DNA from: Macrostomum hystrix
Taxonomy: Eukaryota; Animalia; Platyhelminthes
DNA length: 64,000 bases
Assembly: GCA_950097015.1 (NCBI GenBank)
Contig: CATNEN010000002.1
Span: 372,001-436,000 of the forward strand
Reading direction: 5' to 3'
This document shows positions 36,305 through 48,970 of the stretch, in pieces; the first letter of the stretch is position 1, and each line of letters starts with the position of its first letter. The notes under the pieces were generated by a model. It was not told the origin of the DNA and did not search any database. It saw nothing but the letters and a program-made list of their open reading frames with translations. A program made the translations under genes and the position numbers.

Positions 36305-39300
36305 TTAGTGCTCATGCTCAAACTCGTAAGCTGTATTTGAAGTGCCATTCAGACCACCAGCCTTGCCGCTCATGCTGTAGTACTGCTGCTCACCACGGCC
36401 GTTGCCGTTGCCATGGCAACCAATCACTACAGTGGCTGTCGGCTTTCTATGCCGGCACAAGGTCAATGGGAAAGTGTCGCGACGGCCCAGGGTGAACCAG
36501 TGGCGCAGCGTGTAGCGGGTGATGAGGCCCTGCTCAATCAGGTCATGGTCCCTAATTGGTGTGATGGCCTTGGCGAAGCTCTGCAAGATTGAGTTTTTGT
36601 AGCCAATATTATGGAAATTTAAATCACAAGTCCTGGGATAGACCTCTAAATCCAAGGATAATCCTTCTAATCCTGAGAAACACCTCTTAATCCTAAAAGG
36701 ATCCCCTTGTGTCTAGGAAAGGGATTTCTCGTGGTCCAAAAAATGCATTCGTCTGCCAAAATTATCTCTAAAGGAATCATCTTAGAAACAGGAAACACAG
36801 GCAAGCAGGCAAGCAGCATAAAATTTGTAAATTTTACGAGTATAATATTTATCTATCATAAACTATTTTACCTCCGAAATCCTATAGATAAGGATATGGG
36901 AAATTTCCGAAAAATCTAAAATTATCCACACAGTGAAATATCTAAATGTACTTATTTTTAAATATCCCATAGACTGTAACTGAGGAAACCCAATTCACTT
37001 TAATCACATTAAAGAAATCACATTGAATGCAATTAAATAAAGCAAACAAAAGCAACAAAAATGTAAAATGCAGCGACACCTACCCCGTAGTAGATGACCA
37101 CAATCACGGCCACAATGGGTATGAGAGCCAGCTGTGAGAAGCAAATCACCCAGCCTAATATTTTTCCACTCATCGGATAATTGTAGATGTAGATTCCGTC
37201 GGATGTGCGATTCGGAAACAGCTCCGGGTGGTATTCGGTGTACTGGTAGATGTACAGGAAGCTGCTAGGATCCGCCACGGAGATACAGTTGAACACTATA
37301 ATTACCTGCCAGATTGTTTTGTGCTAATTTTAATAATTAGAGAAATAGAAACAAGCCCGTTTTTGAGACGCCTAACCAGTGGCATCGTACGTTAAAGATT
37401 CAGTCCATGGACTGAATCAATCAAATCTGCAAGCAAATTGAAGGTCAAACTCACTAGAATAAATATTGGCGACACGTACTTCCAGCAGATTCTCCAGTAA
37501 ATTCCGGGCGCGAATCCCAGATTGTCTTTGATGTCGCGGCAAAACTGGTCAAGACCTGTGATGGAATTAAAATGGATTATCCTATCGTTAGACTCGCAGT
37601 TTCCAATTGTCTAAGAAGGATTTGATCCTGTCGCATCACACACCGTAAAACCAAGAGACAACAACAGCCTGGGTGAAGGCCACGGCGATGATTGACAGGC
37701 CGGCTGAGAAGTTGTTGAACACGTTCCAGACGTACATTCCACCCTGAAAACATATTATAGATATTTTGTGACAAAAAGAATTTGTTAGATATGATTAGAC
37801 ATGGAGGGATATAGTAATTGTTTGGATTTCTTGGTTGATGTCAAACGAGTTTTACTGCTCAGTAGCTTTATCCGAATTGAAGGGGTTAGAAATTGCTAGT
37901 CTATATCACTAAATTCCCATTTTATTTACTGTTTAGCAAGCGCAAAAGAAAAAATTCCTAGGCGTCAAGTTTGCTTTGGTTTTGAAGCTTACGACACTCA
38001 AACCCCCTAGCAACACTCACCGGAGTGCAGAGCGTGATGGAGACCAGGAAGGCGAAATACACAACAATGGCCGAGAAGATCTCCCGAAAGTAGCGGCATT
38101 TGCTCAACGGTCTCTCAAGATAATCGCCAAGGCCTGTTAGTACACTCTCCATTCCACCCATCTGCCAGCAGTTATCGAGTTAAATTTTCGCTTAATAAAA
38201 TATACGCAAAATATATTATCAAAATAATAATATTAGTATTACTCACAGCACTATCTAAACCGAGTGTGATCAACAGACCGAAGAACAAGATCGACCATAG
38301 AGGAGCCATTGGCAGGGTTCCTATGGCAACTGGATACACTTGGAACACTAGGCCCGGACCTGAATAGTTTAGGCATTGTGCTTTTGTTCATTACAAAACT
38401 ACTTTACATGCTAATTGAATCAAGAATGTATATCATGATAAATGCGTACAAAAAGTTCCATAGCGTCATTTTTTATTGACAAATAGGCATTATATTTGTT
38501 TAACAGTAGGACTAGCAAGCCATTTTGCCACCCGTTTTTATACCCTCCTGAATTTTTTTTGGCAGCGCCTGAATGCTTCAGAAAATGCGCGACAAAATTA
38601 GGTCCGTGTGTTAAGTTTCGTGTGCTTGCGTTTATCCGTTCAGGTGCAGCACGAAAATTATCAAGCAGGGAATTCTCCCCCCAGGTAGCTCTACTGTGAA
38701 TAGACTATATACATCGATGAATATTTAGGACTTTCAAATTTGTATTTGCAGTTCTTACGCGGATAAGAGTACATGTGGCTATGTACTTCTAGCGACTTTT
38801 AGAAGTGTAGATGTGCATGGGGAATTCCTAAAGGCTATTTTTAGACGGATAAGTGTTCATGAGGAATTCTATATTTTAGTTTATTTCGACGGATACGCTT
38901 AATTGTACATTAGGGAATTCCCATCTGAATGTACTTTTAAGGCTGTTTATAGATTGGCACAGTTATATTCGCACCACCGCCTCACCCTCAGTCGTGACAG
39001 CTTCAATCGGTTTTCCCGTAACCTCGGACATGTAGCCCAGGTAGGCGAACACGACAAAGCCAGCCAGGAAGCAGGCAGTTATATTGGCAGCCGTGGCAAT
39101 TAGGCTGTCCCTGTAACAGTTGTTGCTTTTGCTGCTATAGCTGGCCAATGCCAGGTGAACTCCGAACCCGGCTCCGGTGGAGTAGAACACCTGAATTGCG
39201 GCCTCAATCCACGGCTGGGATGAAAAGAACAAATTAAGAGCACAATTATCAATGTACAAAGACCCGAATTGTCTATGTTCAACTGATGATTTCATGGCTT

Positions 39301-41470
39301 ACATCCATAGAGTTAAGCTTGGACAGGTCTGGCACTATAAAATACTTAATGCCGTTGCTTGCTCCTGGCAGCCGGGCCCCGTTGCCAACCAGAACTAGCA
39401 TCAGGACGTAGGGCAAAGTGGCCGTTAGATACACAACCTGCTCGTGTTTCATTGTTTACAATCTATTTTGATTTATTCGTAGTTTAAGTAAAAGTGGGAT
39501 TTTTTAATTCTCACCTTGCCAGAAGTTTTGACTCCTCTCCACAGAGAGAAGTACAGGCAGGTGAATACCACAAAGCAGCAGAGGATGAGAACCAGTTTAG
39601 GGCTGCCAAGGCTGTCTATTCCGCTGCTCTGGTGAATGCCAAGCACACCGCGCCTACAGATTGGCAGTCGGATGTGTTAATAGCTTCTGAGTAGTTCGTT
39701 AGATCTTGAGGTGAGTATTGTCCGAGATTTTGAGTAGATGTTAAGTTATACATCAAATCAACGAGCTCATAGATAAACAGTAGAAAGACCACTTTATTAG
39801 AGGTCTTAGAGGCTGAGATGAAAATTAAAAATATTATTTTGTCTAAAAACGCCCCATTCAGTAGCAAAGTGAACCTACTCAAAAAATTCTTGCGAGGCCA
39901 GCACGGCGTTCTCGCTGAGGTTCTGAGCAGTCAGGTTGCGGTACTGCTCAACTGTGACGCACCACCTGCTGTTGAAGTCATTGTCGCATTTCATCCATGG
40001 CAGGGTGTCAGTCGGAGACAGCGAATTGAACAAATACAGGAAGCACCAACCGATGATGACGTTGTAGTAAAATGCCACGAGATAGCTCATAAGATTCTGG
40101 GCCAGGCCTAGACCTCTGGCGATGGGGCAGATGTCCCAGACTCGAATCGGGCCTTTCTGATTTACCTGGCCCAGGATTAGCTCCATGTACAGCAGCGGCA
40201 CCGCTTGGAACACGTTCATCAACAGGTAGGGGATCAGGAAGGCACCTGAAAGGTTTGTTGGATTGTTTCTATGATATAGCCGCCTGTTTGATCTATCCGA
40301 CTTTTCTCACCAGCTTGATGAGACAGCTTGGTGTAGCTCATCATCAGTTTGATCTAGCCGCCTGTTTGATCTAGCCACCTGTTTGATCTAGCCGCCTGTT
40401 TGATCTAGCCGCCTGTTTGATCTAGCCGCCTGTTTGATCTAGCCGCCTGTTTGATCTAGCCGCCTGTTTGATCTAGCCACCTGTTTGATCTAGCCGCCTG
40501 TTTGATCTAGCCGCCTGTTTGATCTAGCCGCCTGTTTGATCTAGCCGCCTGTTTGATCTAGCCGCCTGTTTGATCTAGCCGCCTGTTTGATCTAGCCGCC
40601 TGTTTGATCTAGCCGCCTGTTTGATCTAGCCAACTGTCTCATCTTATCTCATCAGCTTGATCTAGCTGTCTCATTTCATCAGTTTATTCTTGCTGTCACA
40701 TCTTTTCTCGTCAGCCTGATCTAGTTGTCTCATCAAATCAGCTTGATATAGGTAATCAACTCATCAAATCAGCCTGATCTAGCTCATCAACTCATCGTAT
40801 CAGCTTGATCTAGCTCATCAACTCATCGTATCAGCTTGATCTAGCTCATCAAATCATCGTATTAGCTTGATATAGGTCATCAACTCATCAAATCAGCTTG
40901 ATATTGGTCATCAACTCATCAAATCAGCTTGATATTGGTCATCAACTCATCAAATCAGCTTGATATTGGTCATCAACTCATCAAATCAGCCTGATATTGG
41001 TCATCAACTCGTCAAATCAGCTTGATATAGGTCATCAACTCATCAAATCAGCTTGATCTAGCTCATCAACTCATCGTATCAGCTTGATATAGGTCATCAA
41101 CTCATCAAATCAGCTTGATATTGGTCATCAACTCATCAAATAAGCTTGATCTAGCTCATCAACTCATCAAATCAGCTTGATCTAGCTCATCAACTCATCA
41201 AATCAGCTTGATCTAGCTCATCAACTCATCGTACTCACCACCTCCGTACTTGTAGCACAGATAGGGGAATCGCCAAACACTTGACAGGTCAACAGCGAAT
41301 CCCACAATTGACAGCAGGAAGTCAATCTTGGACCCCCAGCTCTCTCGTTCAGCAACGAGAGCCGCAACCGGCTCCAACTGCTGCTCGCTGATGTCGTGGT
41401 TCTCCGGCGCCGCCATCGACTGTGAGCCGGGCGTCTTGCTGGCATCTTCCAAGTCCTGATCGAGTGTCAT
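36305..41470 (-). CDS. SLC6 Na+-dependent monoamine transporter, dopamine/noradrenaline-transporter-like; exons 41470-41239, 40245-39879, 39653-39515, 39437-39303, 39214-38986, 38359-38247, 38161-38021, 37743-37644, 37555-37455, 37305-37084, 36580-36305
   Basis: [21 protein letters not shown] (monoamine-type TM1 Asp), [66 protein letters not shown], and a DAT-like tail [24 protein letters not shown]. All 10 introns are GT-AG with matching phases. The DAT/NET/OAT subtype cannot be fixed without a phylogeny. Confidence 0.95.
40352..41232. repeat. Adjacent 17-bp (GTTTGATCTAGCCGCCT, 40352-40630) and 31-bp (TCATCAACTCATCAAATCAGCTTGATCTAGC, 40725-41232) minisatellites filling SLC6 intron 1
   Basis: Visible periods. 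Both share TTGATCTAGC. Confidence 0.94.
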
Positions 41471-41961
41471 TTTTTGTCCGACTAAATATTTTTAAGCCCG
41501 GTGTATAGGAGTGAATGATTTATATTCATTTGCACGCCTTTAATCTGTGCGAGCGCATTTTTTAAATCCAAACACGAAAGAACCTTTTTTGCTAACCAAC
41601 CAATGTTGTAGCACCTCTATAAATAGATTTTATGACGTTCCAGCTGTTGCTGGCCCAAATTATTATTCGAATCATTTTAACCCTTTTTATTAACTGCGTG
41701 TTAATAATCTTCAGTTCCTTATAATGAGACCTGCAGAACGCAGCAACACTTAAGGGAAAATATCAAATGCCTTTAACATTGCAACCCGGAATGTTTGGAC
41801 ATGGAACATGCATAACTTGGAAAAGGACCATGTTGCAAAACTGCTGCATTGCATCTTTGTTTGCTGGTAAAAAACACGGACATGCTGCAGATCATATATA
41901 ATAATGGCCTATTACACGTTCAGAAGCATAAACCAGAGGCAGCACATCGACGATGCATACT

Positions 41962-42232
41962 TTGGTACTTTGAGAGGCATAGACCATACTAAATAAAGAG
42001 ACATTGGTACTTTGAGAGGCATAGACCATACTAAATAAAGAGACATTGGTACTTTGAGAGGCATAGACCATACTAAATAAAGAGACATAGGTACTTTGAG
42101 AGGCATAGACCATACTAAATAAAGAGACATTGGTACTTTGAGAGGCATAGACCATACTAAATAAAGAGACATTGGTACTTTGAGAGGCATAGACCATACT
42201 AAATAAAGAGACATTGGTACTTTGAGAGGCAT
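41962..42232. repeat. 42-bp tandem repeat (~6.5 copies)
   Basis: TTGGTACTTTGAGAGGCATAGACCATACTAAATAAAGAGACA units. Confidence 0.95.
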
Positions 42233-43792
42233 GGAAGTATGACTACATATAGCTTTTTGATTCACTGCGATGGTACAAAATTTTACTATATTATACTTAA
42301 ATAGTTTACAGTACTTTTAAATGGCAAAATGACAGTTGAATTGACACCTTGTTGTTTGAGATCGCGCGTCACATGCACAGGTACTGTCTGTCTGGTAGTC
42401 TGTCTGTATTCTTGTACGCTAATGAGAAAAGCACATTAGTAGAATAAACAAAGGTGATAAACGAGCACTATAGAAAGCTAAAATGCACTTAACGCAATTA
42501 AGGCTCAATTGCAAGCACACAGACACAATGCACCACAAATAGTTGAACCTTATTAAATAAGCCTTTAACTTTATGCATAGGCCCAACTAACACAATGGTG
42601 CATCATTAACCTGCAGCGAATAAAACTATGAGTTACCATAGTTAGCAAATATTTAAACGTCTTCAACTGCGCAGCTCAAATACTGCAAAACTTTAGAGTT
42701 TGTTATAGCCTCTTGCGCACAAATTATCTTCTCTCTAGAAGCAGAGAATACCTACCCTACCTGTATTGATACTGTAAAGTAATTAAATAAAAGCACGTAT
42801 GCAGCTTAACTTCTGTATCGAATACCCTACAAGTTTGAACTGATAAAAAATCATAAAAATGGAAGTTTCGCTTGATTTTTAAACATTAGCAACTAAAAGT
42901 AATTTAATCCATCTTATTCCTTTGTTCGCTTCCATTCTAAAAGTGATTATCATTTCAGTTCTTTGTTCCCAAATCAGAGACGGTTACACTCTCTCACCTT
43001 GCGTGGTAGTTGTCTGTTTGGAGAACCTCTCTCATGTGATTCCATGACTCGTGTTCTATTTTTAGCAGTTATACGCATAAGTGACGTCAGTGCTATTTTT
43101 AGCAACATACCCCTTTGTGATGGGCCAGTCCTTTGTCCCATTGCGAGCGAGGAACTTCAAGACGCTCTGGTGGCAACTCCTTAGCTATCTTACTAAAACT
43201 AGCACTATAGTCGCAACTCAATTAAAATGCAAAAGCACGTCAAAATGAAAAGCACAAATGACCATTGAAATTGATTTTCAAGCGAATGCACGTAGCTGTA
43301 AAATCACTGACAGTTTTTCGTTAATTTTATTAGTTGTAATACAACAGAACACAAAAAATATGCGCAAGAGATCTTTTAGTCATGCATGAAATACGTTTAT
43401 AAGCAAATGGCATCAACCAATCTCATTTCTTTCGCTTCTTTGGCTGCGCGGGTTCCTGGAAAGGTGAAAAATACGAAAAATCTGTTTAGACGATAAGCAA
43501 TACTTCAAATGCTCTACTACAAGTAGCAAAACTAGAATGGTTATTTTTTCTTTTACTAGCTACAACAAATTAGAAGAAAATGACAAAAATTAGGCAGCCA
43601 AACTTGGTAAATAAATCTCACATTGAGACACAAGACACAAGAATTTGTTAAATCTAACCTTAACTACCTCTATAATGTGGCAGAATCTCACCCCTGGGAC
43701 AACTCAATAATTTGACAGAATCTCACACCTGAGATAACCAAATGATTTGGTAAAATATCAGCCCTTAGATAATTTAAAAGTCAAATTAAAAA

Positions 43793-46771
43793 TCAAGCCG
43801 CTAAAATAAAAAGTCGTATCTTAATTAAATCACAGAATGCCAATCCGCATACCTTATCCCCACGCGATTCGATACCAACTAACTTTGCGTTGCCATTAAG
43901 CTTCGCTTTTTTCTCATTCAGTTTTCGCTTCAAAGAAGATGATGCATTCTGTTGCTGCTGCTCTTTCTCTTCCACAAATTCGTCTTGAATTTCTTCCATC
44001 ACTTCCTCTTCTTCTGCATCATCATCTTCGGACTGGTCATCTTTCAAACTGTCAACTTCCTCTTCATCGTTGCCTGCCTTGCCGCGGCTGGCAGCTGCTC
44101 CGGCGCCAGCCAGTCCTTCCAGTGTCATCCTCGATTTGTACTTGCGATAGAGCGAAGTGTTGGGCTCAAATAATTTGCCGGCCTTCCGAGCCGCTTTGTA
44201 ATCCAACAGGGCAGTGAGAAATCTGCGCCCGGAAGTGTGCCTGGCAACATCGCCAGGTGTGTCTGACAAAAATCGGCAAGTCAGCTGGCAGAACAGCATC
44301 TTAGTTGATGAGGGACCTACACCTTCTTGATCGATCTTGTCTGGCGACTTTTCGACTAGTTTAGCATCCATTAAGTAGCGACGATATTCGTCAGGCACCG
44401 TAGACTCGGCGGTCCATTTGGCAAGGGCTCGGGCAAACTTCTTGCCACCGCTGTAGGCGAGCAGGGCGTCAGATGACGGCGGCATTTCATGCCCAGTTAG
44501 GGTGCAGCAAATCTGTGGGTTGATGAGTCAGGGGACATGCAATCTCAACTTTTATCAGAGCCTTTTAGCAAAGTTACACATTAGCCAGCTCTAATATTGA
44601 AATAATATAACTATTAGAACTAACAAGAACTAGAAGAGTAGAACCACCAAGGGGCAGGAAATTTCCCCTTGACATTTTTTGCTACACCAGAATGGAGCAA
44701 AGCAAACAGAACAAAACTCAAGAACATGGACTAAATTTTGTTGCACATTTTCTGAAACAAGAATCAAGTCGCCAGCTCTTTAGAATGTTAAGATATTTAA
44801 TGTTTTTGGCCAAAGGTCAGTTTTCGCCATAAACACTAGCCTATTTCATGCACCCCTTCACACAAATTAGTTCTGTGCATCAGTGCAGCCTTGCCAGGCC
44901 TTTAAAATTTATCAACATGTCACCAAAATGTGCCTGCATCATTTCTGTCTTTGGTGGTCACCTAAATTTATCTAGAGGGACTGCTGGACCTTCAAGGGCT
45001 ACAAAAGGTAGAAGCAGGTCACTATGGAGTCCATATTATGGACACCCTGACCAGAATTTCTCTAGTTTCACGTCAAAATACATCAAATGATCAACTCAAA
45101 AGATTAGGCACAGCTTAACCACAGGACACCCTTGCCTAGTCTGTTCCTCAATTGGTCTCGGGTTTACACCTTGGCATGCACTTGAAAAGAGATCAAATGT
45201 GTTGTTGTTTATGTGTTATCAATATCTGATAGCTTTGAATTGTACAATAAATTGCAGTAAGAGTATAAAACCCATTAAAACTGACATGTACTTTAACATA
45301 CAGTTTTTATGTTCATAAAAAACAATGGACTTTGCATGACAAAAAATGTTTTCAGTAGTGTATAACATGATTAATTTTTGTAAATTGTATAATAGATACA
45401 AAAAAATAATTCTACCATTGTATTATAAATATTTAAATAAATTGGTCTATCTTAAGAAAAACATATTAGATCTTTTATAAATAGCAATTTTCAGTTTCAT
45501 CACAATGTACATGTGTTTCTTCACACAACACATATGCACAATTAAATAAATGTCTAACACTCTAACACTGGAGTACAAATCAAATTTCCAAATTTTCCAT
45601 ATGGCATGCACCCAACATGATTCAGACCATGGATTATGCCCTGGCTAGCTCTAAGCTAGTCTATTGGCTAGCAATAAACCATTCTTAATCTTAACTGCAA
45701 AAAGCTATTGACAGACATGAAAACATAGGGTAATGTATCATCAACCGAACAGTGTATCTTCAAAACCGAACAAGAATTTTGACTTCTTCCTTGGTCTCGT
45801 GCAAGACAGAAACAAGCTATTGTGTTTCACAGAACAACTAATTTGAAAGTTGAAGAAATTATCTACAAGCTGAGGCATGATGTGCAATGAAGCATTAAGA
45901 GGAAAGAAAGATATTTATGTTTCAGTAAAATTTTTTTTGCAAAAGCATACTTTTTAACAACATTTTTCAGTATGTACTTTAGACAAAGATTGTATGTGGT
46001 TGCTTGCCAATTAAATGACCATAAATGTAGTTATTTATAGAGCATGAAAAATGCTTTCAAATTGCATAATTCTTGATAGTTCACTCCTTAAAATAAGATT
46101 AAACCACTCACTCAAATTGTAAAACCAAACATCAAATTCTCTGTTTGGTTTGAAGATACATGAAAATCATTGTTCGGTTTTAGATAAAAAGCAGGAATAC
46201 CTTTTTTCTATTTGATAAAATAGCAAAAGCAGATACTTTTTAGAAAGATGTAACTGTTTTCTATAACTTGGTTTTTGATTTATCATCATATCTTAAATAG
46301 AAAATCTGTAGCTTAGGTTTGAAGTTAAAAAAATACACATTCTTGTTTGGTTGATGATACATTACCCTAATATAATGCAAAAATGTGTCACTATAAATGT
46401 AAATTTAAATCTAATATGCCTATCAACAGAAGGCAATATGATACTCATTAGCTAAGTATCTATCTAGCTGGCTTAGCAAAAATAAAATCGTTTTGTAATT
46501 GATTAGGCCTACTATAATAAATAGCTCAAGATAAAATTAAAATGCTTACCAGATATTGTATTGCTAATTTAATACAGGAACTCGAATACCAGTCTCACTA
46601 TGCAATTATCCTATAATAAAGAGTATACTGACTTATAGCTGTGCTAGCTAAGTCACATCCTGATAATAAAAATGCATGTCTAGGGAATGAACCGAAACGT
46701 AGTCCTACCTTGCCATTCTTCAAAACGAAGTGTTTCCTTTTCGACTTTTCAATTGACTTGATTACATCCAT
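43793..46771 (-). CDS. SURF2: Surfeit locus protein 2 homolog; exons 46771-46709 and 44512-43853; terminal exon uncertain (candidate acceptor at 43455)
   Basis: MDVIKSIEKSKRKHFVLKNGK|ICCTLTGHEMPPSSDALLAYSGGKKFARAL...MLFCQLTCRFLSDTPGDVARHTSGRRF matches the SURF2 motifs CxLTGHE(L/M)P..Y..GKKY and LFCKLT..I......V.RH..GRR. Acidic C-terminal half. Confidence 0.88.
45728..46367. mobile_element. 640-bp TA-flanked MITE in SURF2 intron 1
   Basis: TIRs GGGTAATGTATCATCAACCGAACA / TGTTTGGTTGATGATACATTACCC, TA on both sides, and an internal repeated ACCGAACA motif. Confidence 0.75.
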
Positions 46772-48970
46772 TAGGCGAAGAAGGACATATATTGCCGATT
46801 CTAAACGAATCGCTACTATTCAGCCTAAATAAAAGCCTTCGTCTTGGCTGTTTGCGGGGATCTAGGGATTTCTTGATTAAGGTACTAAGTTGTTTCGTTA
46901 GTAATATCAATCCACTTAGTGGGTCGAACAAGTCACTAAGTCGAATTGCGAAATATCTTCGGAAAAAAGTTCATGCTAATGTCAAGCAAAAAGGTGCATG
47001 TTGCTTTTTTCTGTTTAGGCTTTATATTTATTAGAAAAAATAAAACAAATTACTATTATTTTAGCTGCTAACTCTGCAAGACTTTAAAAGCTTGTTATAT
47101 CGCTTACATCCTTTGTGCATTTTTAAGATATTCATTTTCCAGGACATTTATATTCAGTCGCATGTGCAACATTTGCGTTTGCGTACATTTATGTGATGGA
47201 GGAGGAAGCTACTTATTATTAATTTATTAAAGTGATCTGCTCCATTGTATTCTAATAGTGATTTTTTAAGGATATGCTACTTTTACAAATTATGTCCCAA
47301 ACCGTAGCTGTTGGAAAAAAAGGAATTAACTTAACTCGGTTGATTTGTCACGAAAAAGTATATGTTAAACTGCAAGCAGCTATAAGTCTTTTAAAGCACA
47401 GAAAAATAGTAGCATTTTAAGTTCTATGTCATTTTTTGCCAAAATAGTTAATTAGCAACAATCCTTCGAATCCCATTATATAAGTGTGCTTAAAGCATAA
47501 GGAACTAATTTATTTAAACAAGTAATAAATAATTACTACAGCTGACTACAGGCTATATTTTTCCTTAGTGCTGGGGATTCAATCATTTTAGTTAGATGAA
47601 AATCATCATAGGGATATTTATTTCGTCAAGTTAACGTGTTCTACTTTTATTTATCCTCAATTGACAACCTATATATTTTCTGAAATCTTAAACGCGTATT
47701 TATTATCTTGATAAATATAGTTTATTATGCTTTTTATGCACTGTACTAACATAAAATTGCTTTGTGAGTATTTTACGGTAGCAGAAAATCTATTTTTAAT
47801 GCAAGCGAGAGCAACACAATAGCTTGTATTTATGGTAAGAATTATTTACTTAAGGCGCCAAGCAGTTAGTCAGTTTTCCAGGGGCTCCAGATAGGCGGTG
47901 CGAACAATCAGAAGAATCATGATCTTCTGTGACATTCAATTGCTATAGATTTCTCAGCTTTGAACAGGAAATGTATTCGTATTCTCAGAACACGCTCTGT
48001 ATTGTGCGTTTTTTCTAATTTGAAATGCTATATCCAGCCGTGACCGTCAATGGGAGCCGTGGGATTAAAGTCTGTTTTTGTAAGGCTTTCAGACCAGGAC
48101 AACCTCAGTAAAATCCCACTCCCTCTCTCTCTCTTTTACTTCCCACATCTCTCTATCAAATCGTATTCCCAAATAGCTCAGTGAGAGAGCTTACAACAAT
48201 GCCATAACTGCATAATAAGCCAAAAAATATCTTGTTCGCCCAATAGCTGCAGTGCGGGGACGTTGGTGGCGGGAGAGAAGGGGTGGGGAGGATTTCAGGG
48301 AGTTGGCGATAAAGTTCTTCTCCATAGCATGGACAAGGTATGCGGAGGAGAGGAGAGGAAAACGGGAGAGAAATGGCTGCGTACTTGAAGCCCTCCCCAG
48401 TGGCCAGTCCCAACAAGCCAAGCGTACTCAAATACTCAGGTTTTCACCTTCAACTCCAGCCTGTAGTTTGGCACTGGTGCATTGTTGTTCTGTGCTATTT
48501 AAGCCCTCATTCTCCCACTGCATGCCGGCTAATACTATTAGTTTTAAGTAGAGCTTCTTTTAGACCAAGCAAAAATTATTTTGCTACAAATTTATTTACA
48601 CAGTTTGAGTCAGGTCCATTCTAACATTAGCTTCCAAAGTCTTCCATCTCGTTAATAATTAGATACGGTAGAAAATCTAACCACGGAAGAGATACAGCAA
48701 AACGAAATCATTTTTGTGACCAAACAAATTCAGCAGGTAAACTTCTGCAACACATTATAACATAGCAAAAAGCTCTGTGTTTACATTGCTGCATAATCGC
48801 ATAATGTAATCAGGTTTGCGTCACACAAATAGCTATGGAGACCAAATTGCTAACTCGACACGAAAACCCCGCTTATTCCAGCGACCAGAGCTCCAGCATT
48901 TCTGGTTAATTAGCATAATTGGCTAGCTTAGCTGAGGCTAATATCAGGGGCCACAGGCTAAACTAGCGGT

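Noticed and set aside
48373-48439. Possible phase-1 alternative first exon of the plakin gene (MAAYLKPSPVASPNKPSVLKYS)
   Set aside because: The donor GTTTTC is weak. The exon at 48971-49082 already supplies the conserved N-terminus. It cannot be supported without transcripts.
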